NCBI GenBank assembly: GCA_051362555.1
Contig: CM120646.1
Span: 20,708,001-20,772,000, forward strand
DNA length: 64,000 nt
DNA from: Lingula anatina
Taxonomy: Eukaryota > Animalia > Brachiopoda
Reading direction: 5' to 3'
Made by a program: the position numbers and the translations under genes. The notes below the pieces were generated by a model. It was not told the DNA's origin and searched no databases. It saw only the letters and a list, made by a program, of their open reading frames with translations. Positions within the stretch are counted from its first letter, which is position 1. Each line of letters starts with the position of its first letter. Positions 52,801 through 64,000 of this stretch are shown here, piece by piece.

Positions 52801-55800
52801 AAAAGTAACACGTTTACATGCAGGCGAAGGAGTTATACTTCAATATTAATCGCGAACAATATCAACAGCGACTAAAGACCGTTGCCTGTCTTTCACACAA
52901 ACACACGAAGGTTTAATAAAGGGAGTCGCGGCGCGATATCTACAGGTATCTCTTTCATTCGAACAAGCAAAGGGCTGACCCGAAGTAAGCTTTCTATACT
53001 AATGTCCTTTTTATTGTGTATTGTAATTACTCTACTTGCTCGCCTCCATTGTCTTGTAAAAGTGACAAAGAATGTGTTGTATTCACACACGAGATGAAAG
53101 AACTCCTTTACCTTAAGTTGCATAATGTCTTTCTCAAGGTTATAATCAGTGTGAAGAGGGTGTCTTGCCTCATTTAAAAAGGGTGTTGTTCTTCATACTG
53201 GTTGTTGCTTAACTTATGCTAATCTTAAACTTTTATGTACCAATATGGTTTTAATAAATCGCTAAAATTATTAATTTAATGAACATTGTGTATCAAACGT
53301 TTTGATACGATTTAAATAAATGGACGAGGAGGATTACGGTATTAGGTTCTATTTACCTCTGGCTTTAACTTCGCCCTGCTATATAAATGAACAAATGTTG
53401 CAGATCGTAACAAAAAACTTTCTTATAGTGTTTTATGACATATATGATTTACACATTTGATAGTGAAACACTCCTCGACTTTAACGAATCACCTGACGTA
53501 AACTGTCTACCCGCGCTCCCCGAAAAAAACTGTTTCTTTTAATTTTGAAATGAATTGCTTTTAAGGCAAAGAAGTCCATTAAACCCTTTAGTCTCAATAT
53601 CATTGTACAGCATGTTGTAATCGATATTTAAAAAAGTTAATTTTTGTACTCCGCTTTCATCGAGGATACCTCAAGTTGAGGTTACAATTACCGTGTACGT
53701 CGCTCGCCTATGCTACTGGAATATACATTTAAGGACAAATTAAGCTTTGTAAAGTCCCTATTGTCACACACCATAGATACTTTATTTTGTCTTGAATGAA
53801 AAAATAGCCTCAAATTATCGTTTTGTGCTTAAACCTTTCATTACTTGAACCAAGATCTGTACTATAGCTACCAAGACGTACATGCATCAAGTTGGGTCTG
53901 CTGGGGGAGGGGAGCATTTAAATGATAAACGAGGAAGTCTACCTGCAAAAGCAGCAGCAGTGGTTTAAATAATCGCTATCTAGACTCCTTTTTCTTTGAC
54001 AGCAACATAAAAAGTGTTTAGGGAGAAAGTCACACAAAGACCCGACGTTGTTTTGTCTTCAGCATTTCCTCTTCCTTGTTATCTGCAATTACTATCGTCA
54101 ATTAATGAAATCGAGAAAGCAATTAAGTGACGGCACATTGAATATAGTCACTAGGTGCATTTCGCTGAGTGTTTACAAGATCTAGCGACACATTTTATCG
54201 CCACGCGTTCTAGTTTGATTAGTTTAGAAAATTAAACAGTTACTCTGTCGGCTCTCCGTCATTGCTATGAATCTGACATCGAATTTAGTCCAAAATATTA
54301 GTAAATTCAGAATTATTAGCTAAAACGTAAATTGCCCTAATTTGTCAGATAATCAAAAATGCCGGTGATCCACGCGGAGGGTACGCTTTCCTGAAGGTAG
54401 CGGCGACGAACGGCGACGATATTTTTCTGAATAGTGAACCTTTATTAGTTACGAAAAGCCCCCTTTTCAACAGGGGCGTTTTATTAATTACTTCATGTCA
54501 CAAAGTTAATTTATACAGGCAAAACTTTATTTTAAGGAAATAGTTTCACGAAATGAACGAGAGTAAAATATTAGTCGGCACAAATATAAGGCATACAACA
54601 ATGAGTCATGTTATGGATCATGTTATGGGCCATGTCGGATTATAATGGCATAACTTGATGCAAAACAGTCTATCGTTTCTTCCACCGCGAGTCCCTTTAT
54701 TTAATGTAATGTATTACTCATTACCCGTTTCATTTGACACTCTCTCTTTTTATCTCCCTTCCCCTTTCTCTTGTTAGAAGGAGGGTACATAATTAAGCAC
54801 TCAAAATCTGCACCACCAATCTTCAGAAAAACAGAAGTCAACGAACCAGTGGGCTGATCCACAACATCTGACACAGCAGAATGAATCAAATAACAGCTAG
54901 CACATATTTATATGCAGTTAGCTATAGTGTCACTACATACATAATCAGCTGCACGCACGAAGCTGTTGAACAAAAGGATAGTTCGCTACGGGAGACCGTT
55001 TGTTTACATAAGTACTCTAAGGGGGCGTGGCTACCCAGGCGACCAAGGGATTAGGCTAGTTACTATATGCCGTCAACAATCGTTTAGCGACCCTATCATT
55101 ATACACTCTCTCTATTGTATTTTCCACCGCATTAATCGCAGTGTAATCTTCAAATGGTCCACGGGGTAAATGTACACATTCTTAATCCGAGTACGGTACA
55201 AACAGTGTACACTTGTTAAGAATGCATACATGCGACACCTGAGGACAAACAAGCAAATATGCAACTGATCTATTAATTGTAATTGCACAGTATATGTAAC
55301 CAGACCTTTGTCCTAACTCAGTAGTTAGGAATACATGTAGGATGCTTGGAAAAAAGTTTTCCATTTAACTCGCTTAGACCTGGGGCGTGATGTTGCTATC
55401 ATCCGAGGAAACACCTTCACTGAACCCTCTACCTGAAGTCTCCTTAGCAGAATCTGTCCATTTTTAATGGTCAAATGATTTGTGATTTCATTGAACGTCT
55501 TTGATAGAACTTTTTTAAGTGACGATAACCGAACCGTGTGCTGATTATTTATTAAAGCGCAAGTTTATTTATCATGATCTATTTTGTAAACAACACTTGC
55601 CTAGATTGTGCTTGAATTGATCATCGTCACTCTTTGGCTACTTTCACTGTAATGCGTGCTGAACGACAGAGTCCCGTGTAAGGCAATAACATCGAAGAGT
55701 ATAGACCGAGAGTAATATTAATATGAGGCCGTGTATAAAAGAATTTACAAATTAAAAATTCAAGAATTTAAACATGCTACGTTTGTGCACATCACTTCAG

Positions 55801-57057
55801 TCATTTCACAAAAATTGCACCTAATTCTTTAGATTAACCTCTACTTTTATCGATCTCAACGCCTTGTCAGATCCACCTGAAAGTAATTAAGTGAACATGA
55901 GGCCAAATAACACGTTTACATGTAGGCGAAGGGGGTATACTTCAATATTGATTGCAAACAATATCAACATGGTTTCAAAACCGTTGCCTGTCTTCCACAC
56001 GTTTACACGAACACACGAAGGTCGCGTCGCGATATCTATCTCTCTCTTTCGAACAAGAAAAGGGCTGACCCGAAGTAAGCTTTCTAAACTAATTTCCTTT
56101 TGATTGTGTATTGTATTTACTCCACTTGCTCGCCTCCATTGTCTTGTAAAAGTGACAAAGAATGTGTTGTTTTCACACTCGAGTTGATAGAACCTTACCC
56201 AACTCCTTTGCCTTGTTACATAATGTCTTTATCAAGGTTATAATCAGTGTGAAGAGGGTGTCTTGCCTCACTTAAAAAGGCAGTTGATTTTCAACTGTAC
56301 AAATATAGTTTCAATAAATCGCCAAAATTATGACATTAATGAACATTGTGTATCAAACGTTTTGATACGATTTAAATAAATGGACAAGAACGATTGCGAT
56401 ATGAGTTACTATTTACCTTTGGCGTCAACTTCGCCCTGCTAACTAAATGCACAAATGTTGCATATTGTAACAAAAAATGTTATCATAGTGTTTTTATGAC
56501 ATATGTTTTACATATTTGTTAGTGAAACAATCCTCAACTTTAACGCATCACCTGAAGTTAACTATGTTTTCCCCTCCCATACCTCCCGAAAAAAAAAAAC
56601 TGCTTCTATTAATTTTGAAATTAATTGTTTTTAAGACAAAGAAGCTTATTAACACTTTTACGACTCGGTCATTGTACAGCATGTTGTAATCGCTATTTTA
56701 AAAAGTTAATTTTTGTACTCCGCTTTTCAGTGTTCATCCTGGTGCTTTCATCGGGGATACCTCAGGTGGAGATACGATCACGTGGCTAGCCTAAATCCAT
56801 ATGTTACTGGAATATATTTAAGTACACGTGAAACTTTGTAAAGTCCCTATTGTCACACATCATAGATACTGAATTTTGTCTTGAATGATAAAATACCCTC
56901 AACTTATCGTTTTGTGCTTAAACCTTTCATAACTTGGACCGAGGTTTGATATACAGTGTAATGTAGCTACTATGACATTCCTCAGCATCTAAATGATAAA
57001 CGAGTATGTCTACCTGTAAAAGCAGCAGCGGCGGTTTAAATGATCGCTATCTCGGTT

Positions 57058-57091
<34 letters not shown>

Positions 57092-58110
57092 ACAGCAACA
57101 TAGAAAGTGTTTAGGGAGAAAGTCACACAAAAACGTTGTTTTGTCATTTGTTTTTACATTTCCTCCTCCTTTTTTACTGCAATTACTATCGTCAATTCAT
57201 GAAACCGATATAGCAATTAAGTGATTAAGTGACGGCACATTGAATATAGTCACAAGGTGCATTTCGCTGAGTGTTTACAAGATATAGCGACACATTTATC
57301 GCCACACAGTCTAGTCTGATAAATCAGGGGGCGTTTATGCTGAATCGGGGAATCAGGAGATATGTCACTAAATAGGGAGATTCTCGAAGAGACTGGTAGT
57401 GTTGAAAGGTCTGAATAATTTTGTCTGTTTAATGTGAAGGCTAGCTTAGATTATCATGCTTTGGATGGTATCATAATTGCCTAAGATCTTCAGTGTGTGC
57501 AACAAGTGGCGCAACAAATGATAATAAAAAACATCATTAAGAAAACGAAATAGAATATTTTGAAATTTAAACAGTCACTCTGGTGGCTTTGCGTCACGTC
57601 TATGAATCTGACATCGAATTTAGCCCAAAATATTAGTAAATTCAGAATTAATAGCTAAAACGTAAATTGACATCTGCCCTAATTTGTCAGATAACAAAAA
57701 ATGCCGGTAATCCATGTGGAGGATACGTTTTCTTGAAGGTAGCGGCGCTGAACGGCGACGGTGTTTTTCTGAACAACTTACCTTTGAACCTGCATTAGTT
57801 ATGAAAAGCCTCCTTTTCAACAGGCGTGTATACAGACAAAATTTCATTCAAGGAAATAGTTCCAAGAAATGAACAAGAGTAAAATATAAGTCAGCACAAA
57901 TATAAACCATACAGCAATGAGTTTATATTTAAAGTATAATCCCTCCTGTTATGGGCCATCACCTTGGTGCAAAACTACCTATCGTTTTTTCCACCGCGGA
58001 CCCCTTTAATTAATGTGTTGTAGTACTCATTCTACCCATTTCATCTGACATCTCTGTATCTTTCCCTTCCCCTTTCTCTTGTTAGGAGGTTATATAATGG
58101 TATCATATCA
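49837..58110 (+). mobile_element. Composite insertion: subfamily A element (3'-truncated) containing a full copy of itself
   Basis: Starts TA|CAGTAGT in mid-codon of the RNF213-like frame. The outer copy is 49837-50810 plus 55197-~58095 and is homologous to 15721-23420. Confidence 0.85.
50811..55196 (+). mobile_element. Full-length 4.4-kb subfamily A element nested in the outer copy
   Basis: TA|CAGTGGTCGGAATA ... TAATCCGAGTACGG|TA (imperfect TIR, TA TSD). The host copy resumes roughly in register after 55198. Confidence 0.85.
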
Positions 58111-61100
58111 TATCATTCATTACAGCATGTAACCCTTACAAACTCCGAGGTGAGAAGAATGTCATATCTGCATGGCTATCAGGGAAAGTGGAAACTGATG
58201 AACTCTCAAAATTAGTGTACCAGGTATACCCACTGCCTGAGACCATGGTAGACTATGTCTGGGATTATGGGTCACTCAGTGACGAAGATGAGAGATATTA
58301 CATAGAGCAGATGGTATTTGACTCACCGTTACAACAAGGACACAAAAACATTTTTGCTGAGCTTCTTTCTGTATCCCAGAGATTTATCCGTCAATTAGAA
58401 CACAACTCGTGGTGTGTGAGTTTGCGGGATGTCAACAGGTGCAAACAGCTTGTCACGTGGTATATTGACTTCTTGAGTCGAAAACAGAAACTTATTTACA
58501 AGGATGATTTCAAAAGATTAGATTATTCCACCTTAGAGCAACGATCCATAATCCTGTCATTGGCCCATTGCTACTATGTTAGGCTAGGGAAACGATCAAA
58601 CAGGCGACAATACCTCAACAAGCTTTCTTTTGTATTTGTTAAACATGGAGTCAAACAAAATACCTCTGGTGAACACCTTCTTAGGATAATCCAAGAAGAA
58701 CAGAAAGGCATAGTAGACATGATGGATGTTCCACCAGGAACAGCTAAAAATTCAGCTTTGCTTGAAAACGTTTTTGTGATGCTGGTATGCATACTCAACA
58801 AAATCCCAGTATTTGTTGTTGGCAAACCCGGTTGCAGCAAGTCACTTTCCATGCAACTCCTGAAAACAAACCTTCGTGGGCAGGAAGCGAGACATCCGTT
58901 TTTCAGAGAGTATCCACAGATACATGTGGTCTCATACCAAGGCTCAGAATCATCAACTTCGGAATGCATAGAGAAAATATTTGAAAAGGCTAGAAAATAC
59001 CAAGAGTTGAATAAGGAAAGCAATGTCTTAGCTACGGTTCTTCTTGATGAAGTTGGCCTTGCTGAAGTATCAATTTACAACCCGTTGAAGGTACTTCACC
59101 ATCTGCTGGAATCTGCTGAAGAAACCGGCTTGAAAGTTGCAGTTGTGGGCATTTCCAACTGGGCGCTAGATGGTGCTAAGATGAACATGGCAATCCACTT
59201 GTCCAGACCAGATTTAGAGGAAGAAGAACTGCTTGAAACAGCCATTGCAATTACCCAAGCCAAAGATGATTCAAAGCAATTACCAGTCTACCAAAGGCTA
59301 ATATTTTCTGCCCTGGCAAAAGCATATTATGAATATCAAGCCAAACAGATGATAAGAGATTTCCATGGGCTACGGGACTATTATTATCTGGTGAAGTATC
59401 TAACACAAGATGAATCAGCATCACAGAGTACCATTCTGCAATCAATATGGAAGGGATTGCAGAGGAATTTTGGGGGCCTTTCGTCAGAAATGGACAATAT
59501 AATGAACATGTTCAAAGCTCATTTAGAAGAATATCAAATTCTATTAGAAGAAGCTGAAAATGTGGACCAGGTTCCAATAGAAGATCTTATTCGGGAAAAC
59601 TTGACAAACACTGATGCAAGACACCTCCTTTTGGTAACAACTGGAGATTATGTGCTTGATATTGTGGAGAACATCCTACACACAACAAACCGGGAATATG
59701 AGATCATCCTTGGAAGTAATTTTGAAGACGACAGATCAGAGGATTACAACTACAGAATTTTGAGTCGTATTATTCTTTGCATGGAAAGGGGTGATGCTCT
59801 TATTTTGAAGAATTTAGAGTCTATCTATGGAAGGCTGTATGGCATGCTGAATCAGAACTACACTGTTATGGACAGAAAAAAAAATTGCAGGGTGGCGTTA
59901 GGACCATTCAGTAACCCGACGTGTTATGTCCATGACCAGTTTCGGTGCATCGTCCTTATTGATCAAAAGGACCTTCCCCACCAAGACCCGCCTTTCCTGA
60001 ACCGTTTTGAAAAACAGTTGATTCGGTTCTCTGACCTGTTACAGAATGACGAAGGTCAGATGCTGTCACATCTTGAGACATGGGTAAGGGATCTTACTAC
60101 TGTAGAAGACTTGAAGTTTGAGGCACATCACGTCTTTCCCGGCTTTGGCAAAGATACCTTAGCTTCACTTGCACTAAAACTGAAATTTGAAGGAAAGACG
60201 GTCACTGAGGATATTATCAAAGAAGAAATACTGCATGCTGCAACACCAGATGGCATTTTGCGATCTTGTAAATCCGACCTGGCAAAAGTGGAACCAGTGA
60301 GAGAAATTCAACGAAAATATTTCGAACTTCCAATACATAAAGGGCTTCCCAATTTACTTGCAGAAGTTTTAACGGAGAGAAAAGGCCAGACAGTGCCTCT
60401 TATGGAGGACCAAACTCATGGAGCAAGATTCATTATTCTTACTCACAGCAGTGTCTATGTTAATATCAAAGACGAACTGCAAGGTCTTTTAAGCTCACGT
60501 TGTGAAAAATTGGGGGCATTCAAATCAGAAAGAGAGCTTATTGAATCCATCCACAGTTTCTTCTCTCACCAGGATGAAGAATTATTGGTATTTCAGTGTA
60601 AACCTGTTGATGACTTGAGACACCTTGCTGTTCTCCGTGCTACACTGGAAAATGAAAGACGTGAGTTCTTGCGCTCTGGGAGAGTGGGTGTTGTCAAACA
60701 CATTTTTATTGTATATCACTTACAAAGGAGACACTCAGAAGATGAAAGCCAATGGCATTTGAGCTATGGTCCAGGGTGGAAAATAGTTACACTTGATCCA
60801 GTGGAACGGACAAAACTGCCAGTAGGGCAAGTCATTGGCAAAACTCTTTCGGGTGTATTTCACTCAGATGGCTTCTCGCTGAAAGAATCCCTTAAGAAAG
60901 AAATATTAGGCTGTTTTGAGTGTATCAATTATACCGGACTGCGACGAGGTGCATCAGGCATCAGTAGTTTGATAGAAGACCTTGTTGCATCTGATAAGCT
61001 CCTAGATATGTTTGCATTGAAAATTCTGCAGTATTTGAAGCAAGATTGCTCTGAAGAATGGCTGAGGACAGATGAACATGGCAACTTTCCATACGAGTAT

Positions 61101-64000
61101 CCAAACCCATTTGATTCGCGCACATGGCAGGTCAACGTTGCTTGTAGCTGGAGGGATATTTACAACCATTCTACATTACTGCATGCGATGGAAAAGTATC
61201 TCACTCGAAGAGTAAAAGTTCCACTGTCTATCATTGTGTTTCTCCTGGAAAACTGCAGTGCTTGGGGAGGGTACTTCAGAGCAGATTCTAAAGGCAAAGA
61301 ATGCTGGAAACGTGCATTCATGTCCTCAAAAGTCCTTCCTCCTCTTACCAAGATTTCACCTCCAACCAGCCTGGAATGTTATTTTCTTCACGGACCAACC
61401 CAGGAAACCAAATCCCCATTCAGTGTTTGCTATCTTCGAGCTCTCTGGAGGCACAGAGATCAATTCATGTCAGAGGTGTTTGCCAATAGAGAAATAACAG
61501 TTCTAATACCAAGATACCAAACCATGTTTAAAAAAGAACTAGAGATGTGTGCCGGATCAATTGAAAATGCCATTCCTGACGTTGGAGCCTTTTTGGATGA
61601 CGTGTGTCTGTTTGCAGCAGAGGGAGCACCAGCTGATTTGAAGCCAGATGAAATTTTGACCATAATGCGTTGGTGCTTGGCAGACAGGTATTGTAAAGGA
61701 GAGAGCAAAGACAACCCGATACAATTCATCACTTCACTGATATTGGCTGTCTGGGAGAATAGTGACTTGCTGGATGCACAGTTACGACTTATGTTGACCC
61801 TGAAGCAAGCAGTAACAGACACAGACGCATTTAATTTAATTGAAGGCAAGATACAAAGTCAACGTGTTTATGAAGAACCTGTTACTGCTGATGTCAACAC
61901 ATTTGTGCACACTGAGGCAGGGTTTACGCAGACGATACCGCCGGGACCCGTTTACAATGAACGAGATATAGCAGATGAAGATAGCCCTCCAGCAAACAGT
62001 GACACACTATTTGTACCTGTTTATAATGAACGGGATATAGAAGATAACCTTCCAGCGCCCACTGACCAACTGCAACAGAAACGTCAGTTTGTAGATAATA
62101 CAGGTTTTCAATTCACTCTGTCTTCTGCTGAAGTGAAGCGCAATGAAGGAATGATGGAGTGGGAGAGACAATGTAATGTATTTCAAACTTCTGATGATAA
62201 TGTCGACAGGCTACTGCAAAGTGATGATGACTCCACAGACAGATACTCAGCAAACAATGGTAACCTTCCAACACACGATCAACTGCAGCAAGAAGAACAA
62301 TTTTTGGATCTCGTGAGTTGGCAATTCATACCTTCATCTGCTGTAGTGAAAAGTTGTGGAGGAGTGATGGAGTGGCAAAGGAAAGTTGGGGTAATCCTTG
62401 CAACTGCAACTGAAATAAGTGTGTGTCCATCAAGTTTGCATCTTTTGAGAGTGTTTCAAGACTTTGTCCACATAATAGTGAGAAATGAACCCCAGTTTGA
62501 AAGAGTTTTGTATGACCTAGCAAACACTGCCATGCACATAAAAGATGCTGGTGAAGAACCAATTGAATCTGAATATCTAGCATCTCAAATTCTTGAATTT
62601 GTAAGAGATGTCAAGCAAGACAGGTATTTGCATGATACCTACCTGCAGGAATTTACTTGTGCATACATTTGGCGATGCATGGAAGCAAATATTGAGAACC
62701 CCTTGTTTGCTTACTTTATGGATGCCGTGAAGAACCAAACTCTACCCGACAGGAGACTGACGTTATTTGGACCCATTTTATTCCTACAGTTCTTTGATGA
62801 AAGGGAGCAGAGGGAGAGCCCATCATTGGATTATCTAATGGAAGAACCTGAAGTTACCATGCATAGTGCACTTGGTGCTATGCATGCATATCTATCAACT
62901 TGCCTTGACAACTCATTGGGGATATTGGCAACTGACATTCTGCGGGATTACTTCATGTTGGATATCAGTGCTGAAGACGTTGCTGCATTGGTGAGTAATG
63001 ACGATTTGCTGCTGAGAAAAGCAAAGCAGGCAACTGAAGTTATTGCCAAGACACACACACGTGGTTTCCCCTTTGTTTGCGCCATCTCTTTTATGAGGAA
63101 TTTTCTTGAAACTTTGGCAGATGCTATGTGTCAACGTGAGTTTTACAGCAACGAAGAAATATGCATGAGGATACTGGCTCTTACCTCTTACATGTTTCGA
63201 CCTCAGCTTAACCAAATGGATGGTGGACAGAAGCACCTGTTTTGTTACCTCCTCAAATCAATGATGCAGATAGAGGGTCTACCTCATGTCATTAACTTCT
63301 GTCAAGAATATCAATCTTATCTTCCACCAACTGCACAGGATTTTGGTTTATCCTGGGAAGCGTCTTTCTCAAGCCATCTGGGATACAACCCGCTTGGTTA
63401 TGCCACCCATTACCAAGAAACCAACGATGCCCTGTCAGCACTGACCCGTGGAAATCAAGATCAAATGTTGGAAATTGTGGGACAATGCGACCATTCATCG
63501 TCATATAGATTTTCATTGCTTGCTGTAGTTTTTGCAAATTTCTATCTTAGCAGATTCAACAGACCTCTCAATGAGCACAAAAATAAAGTAGCGACATGGA
63601 TACTAGAGAAATGCAAATCCTTGTCAGCACCGTACCGAGAAACAGTTACTCGATTATTGGGCAAGAAGGACTTTGAATTTTTTCTGACAGAAGATGAGGG
63701 CTGCAATACGTTCTCTCCATCATCTCAACAAACGTTTCAGGGCACCCTCTTTTCAGCTCTTGCTCTACACATTCAAGCAGTTATTGTCTCTCATATAGAT
63801 CACTCTAGCAATGTGGAGTCCCTCTTTGTGAAAAGCCTCTTAGCTCCGGAAAGCTTGCAGGCACTGGATACACTTACATTCAGCCATAGTAAATCACCAT
63901 CACAGCAATCCGATGTATCAGCATTCGACCGTCATTATTGCCAGTGTGGAAATGTGGTGTTGTGGATCAAAGCAACTAGGACAGAAGAGATACGGATTTG
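58098..64000 (+). CDS. RNF213/mysterin-like AAA+ ATPase/E3 ligase, 3' part; open to window end (~1967 codons)
   Basis: Manual translation shows no stop. Motifs: TACNPY, LVYQVYPLP..VWDYGSL, VSLRDV, ALLENVF, VGKPGCSKSL (Walker A), LLDEVGLAE..NPLKVLH (Walker B), VGISNWALD, FHGLRDYY, RNFGG, LNQNY, PPFLNRFEK, ATPDGILR, and YCQCG at the end. Confidence 0.92.

Noticed and set aside
665-57847. Numerous 60-130-aa ORFs in the track, including recurring ones such as MNKRIVRYGRPF
   Set aside because: They lie in repeats or antisense to real coding sequence, recur only because the repeats recur, and are not frame-conserved between copies.
49837-58125. Insert treated as an ordinary intron of the RNF213-like gene
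   Set aside because: It begins with CA, not GT. The acceptor at 58085 leads to an in-frame TAA. The TACAG acceptor at 58125 needs a phase-1 donor, and only a weak one that deletes conserved residues is available.

Overview
AT-rich eukaryotic genomic DNA from an invertebrate animal. The repeat types suggest a lophotrochozoan, possibly a mollusc (inference only). Most of the window is nested transposon debris. Two host-type genes are visible. (1) A two-exon minus-strand gene (~3931-4892) fuses a ubiquitin-like domain to a TerD domain and carries two in-frame stops in exon 1. (2) An RNF213/mysterin-like giant AAA+/E3 gene on the plus strand (~47939 to beyond 64000) has a 5' part broken by frameshifts and two insertions. 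Its 3' part is an uninterrupted ~5.9-kb ORF (58098-64000) that the ORF track misses because it runs off the window; it shows no RING finger and an atypical RZ-finger start. Mobile elements include a complete intron-containing Ginger1 element with CCGG TSD plus three Ginger fragments, and five copies of a large non-autonomous CAGT-ended DNA element (one nested in itself and splitting the RNF213-like gene, one with its empty site next door). Also present are three ~2.5-2.8 kb Kolobok-type elements, several Tc1 remnants and MITEs, Helentron-like elements carrying satellite arrays, a solo LTR and a tRNA-derived SINE. All calls come from reading the sequence by eye; no database searches were run.
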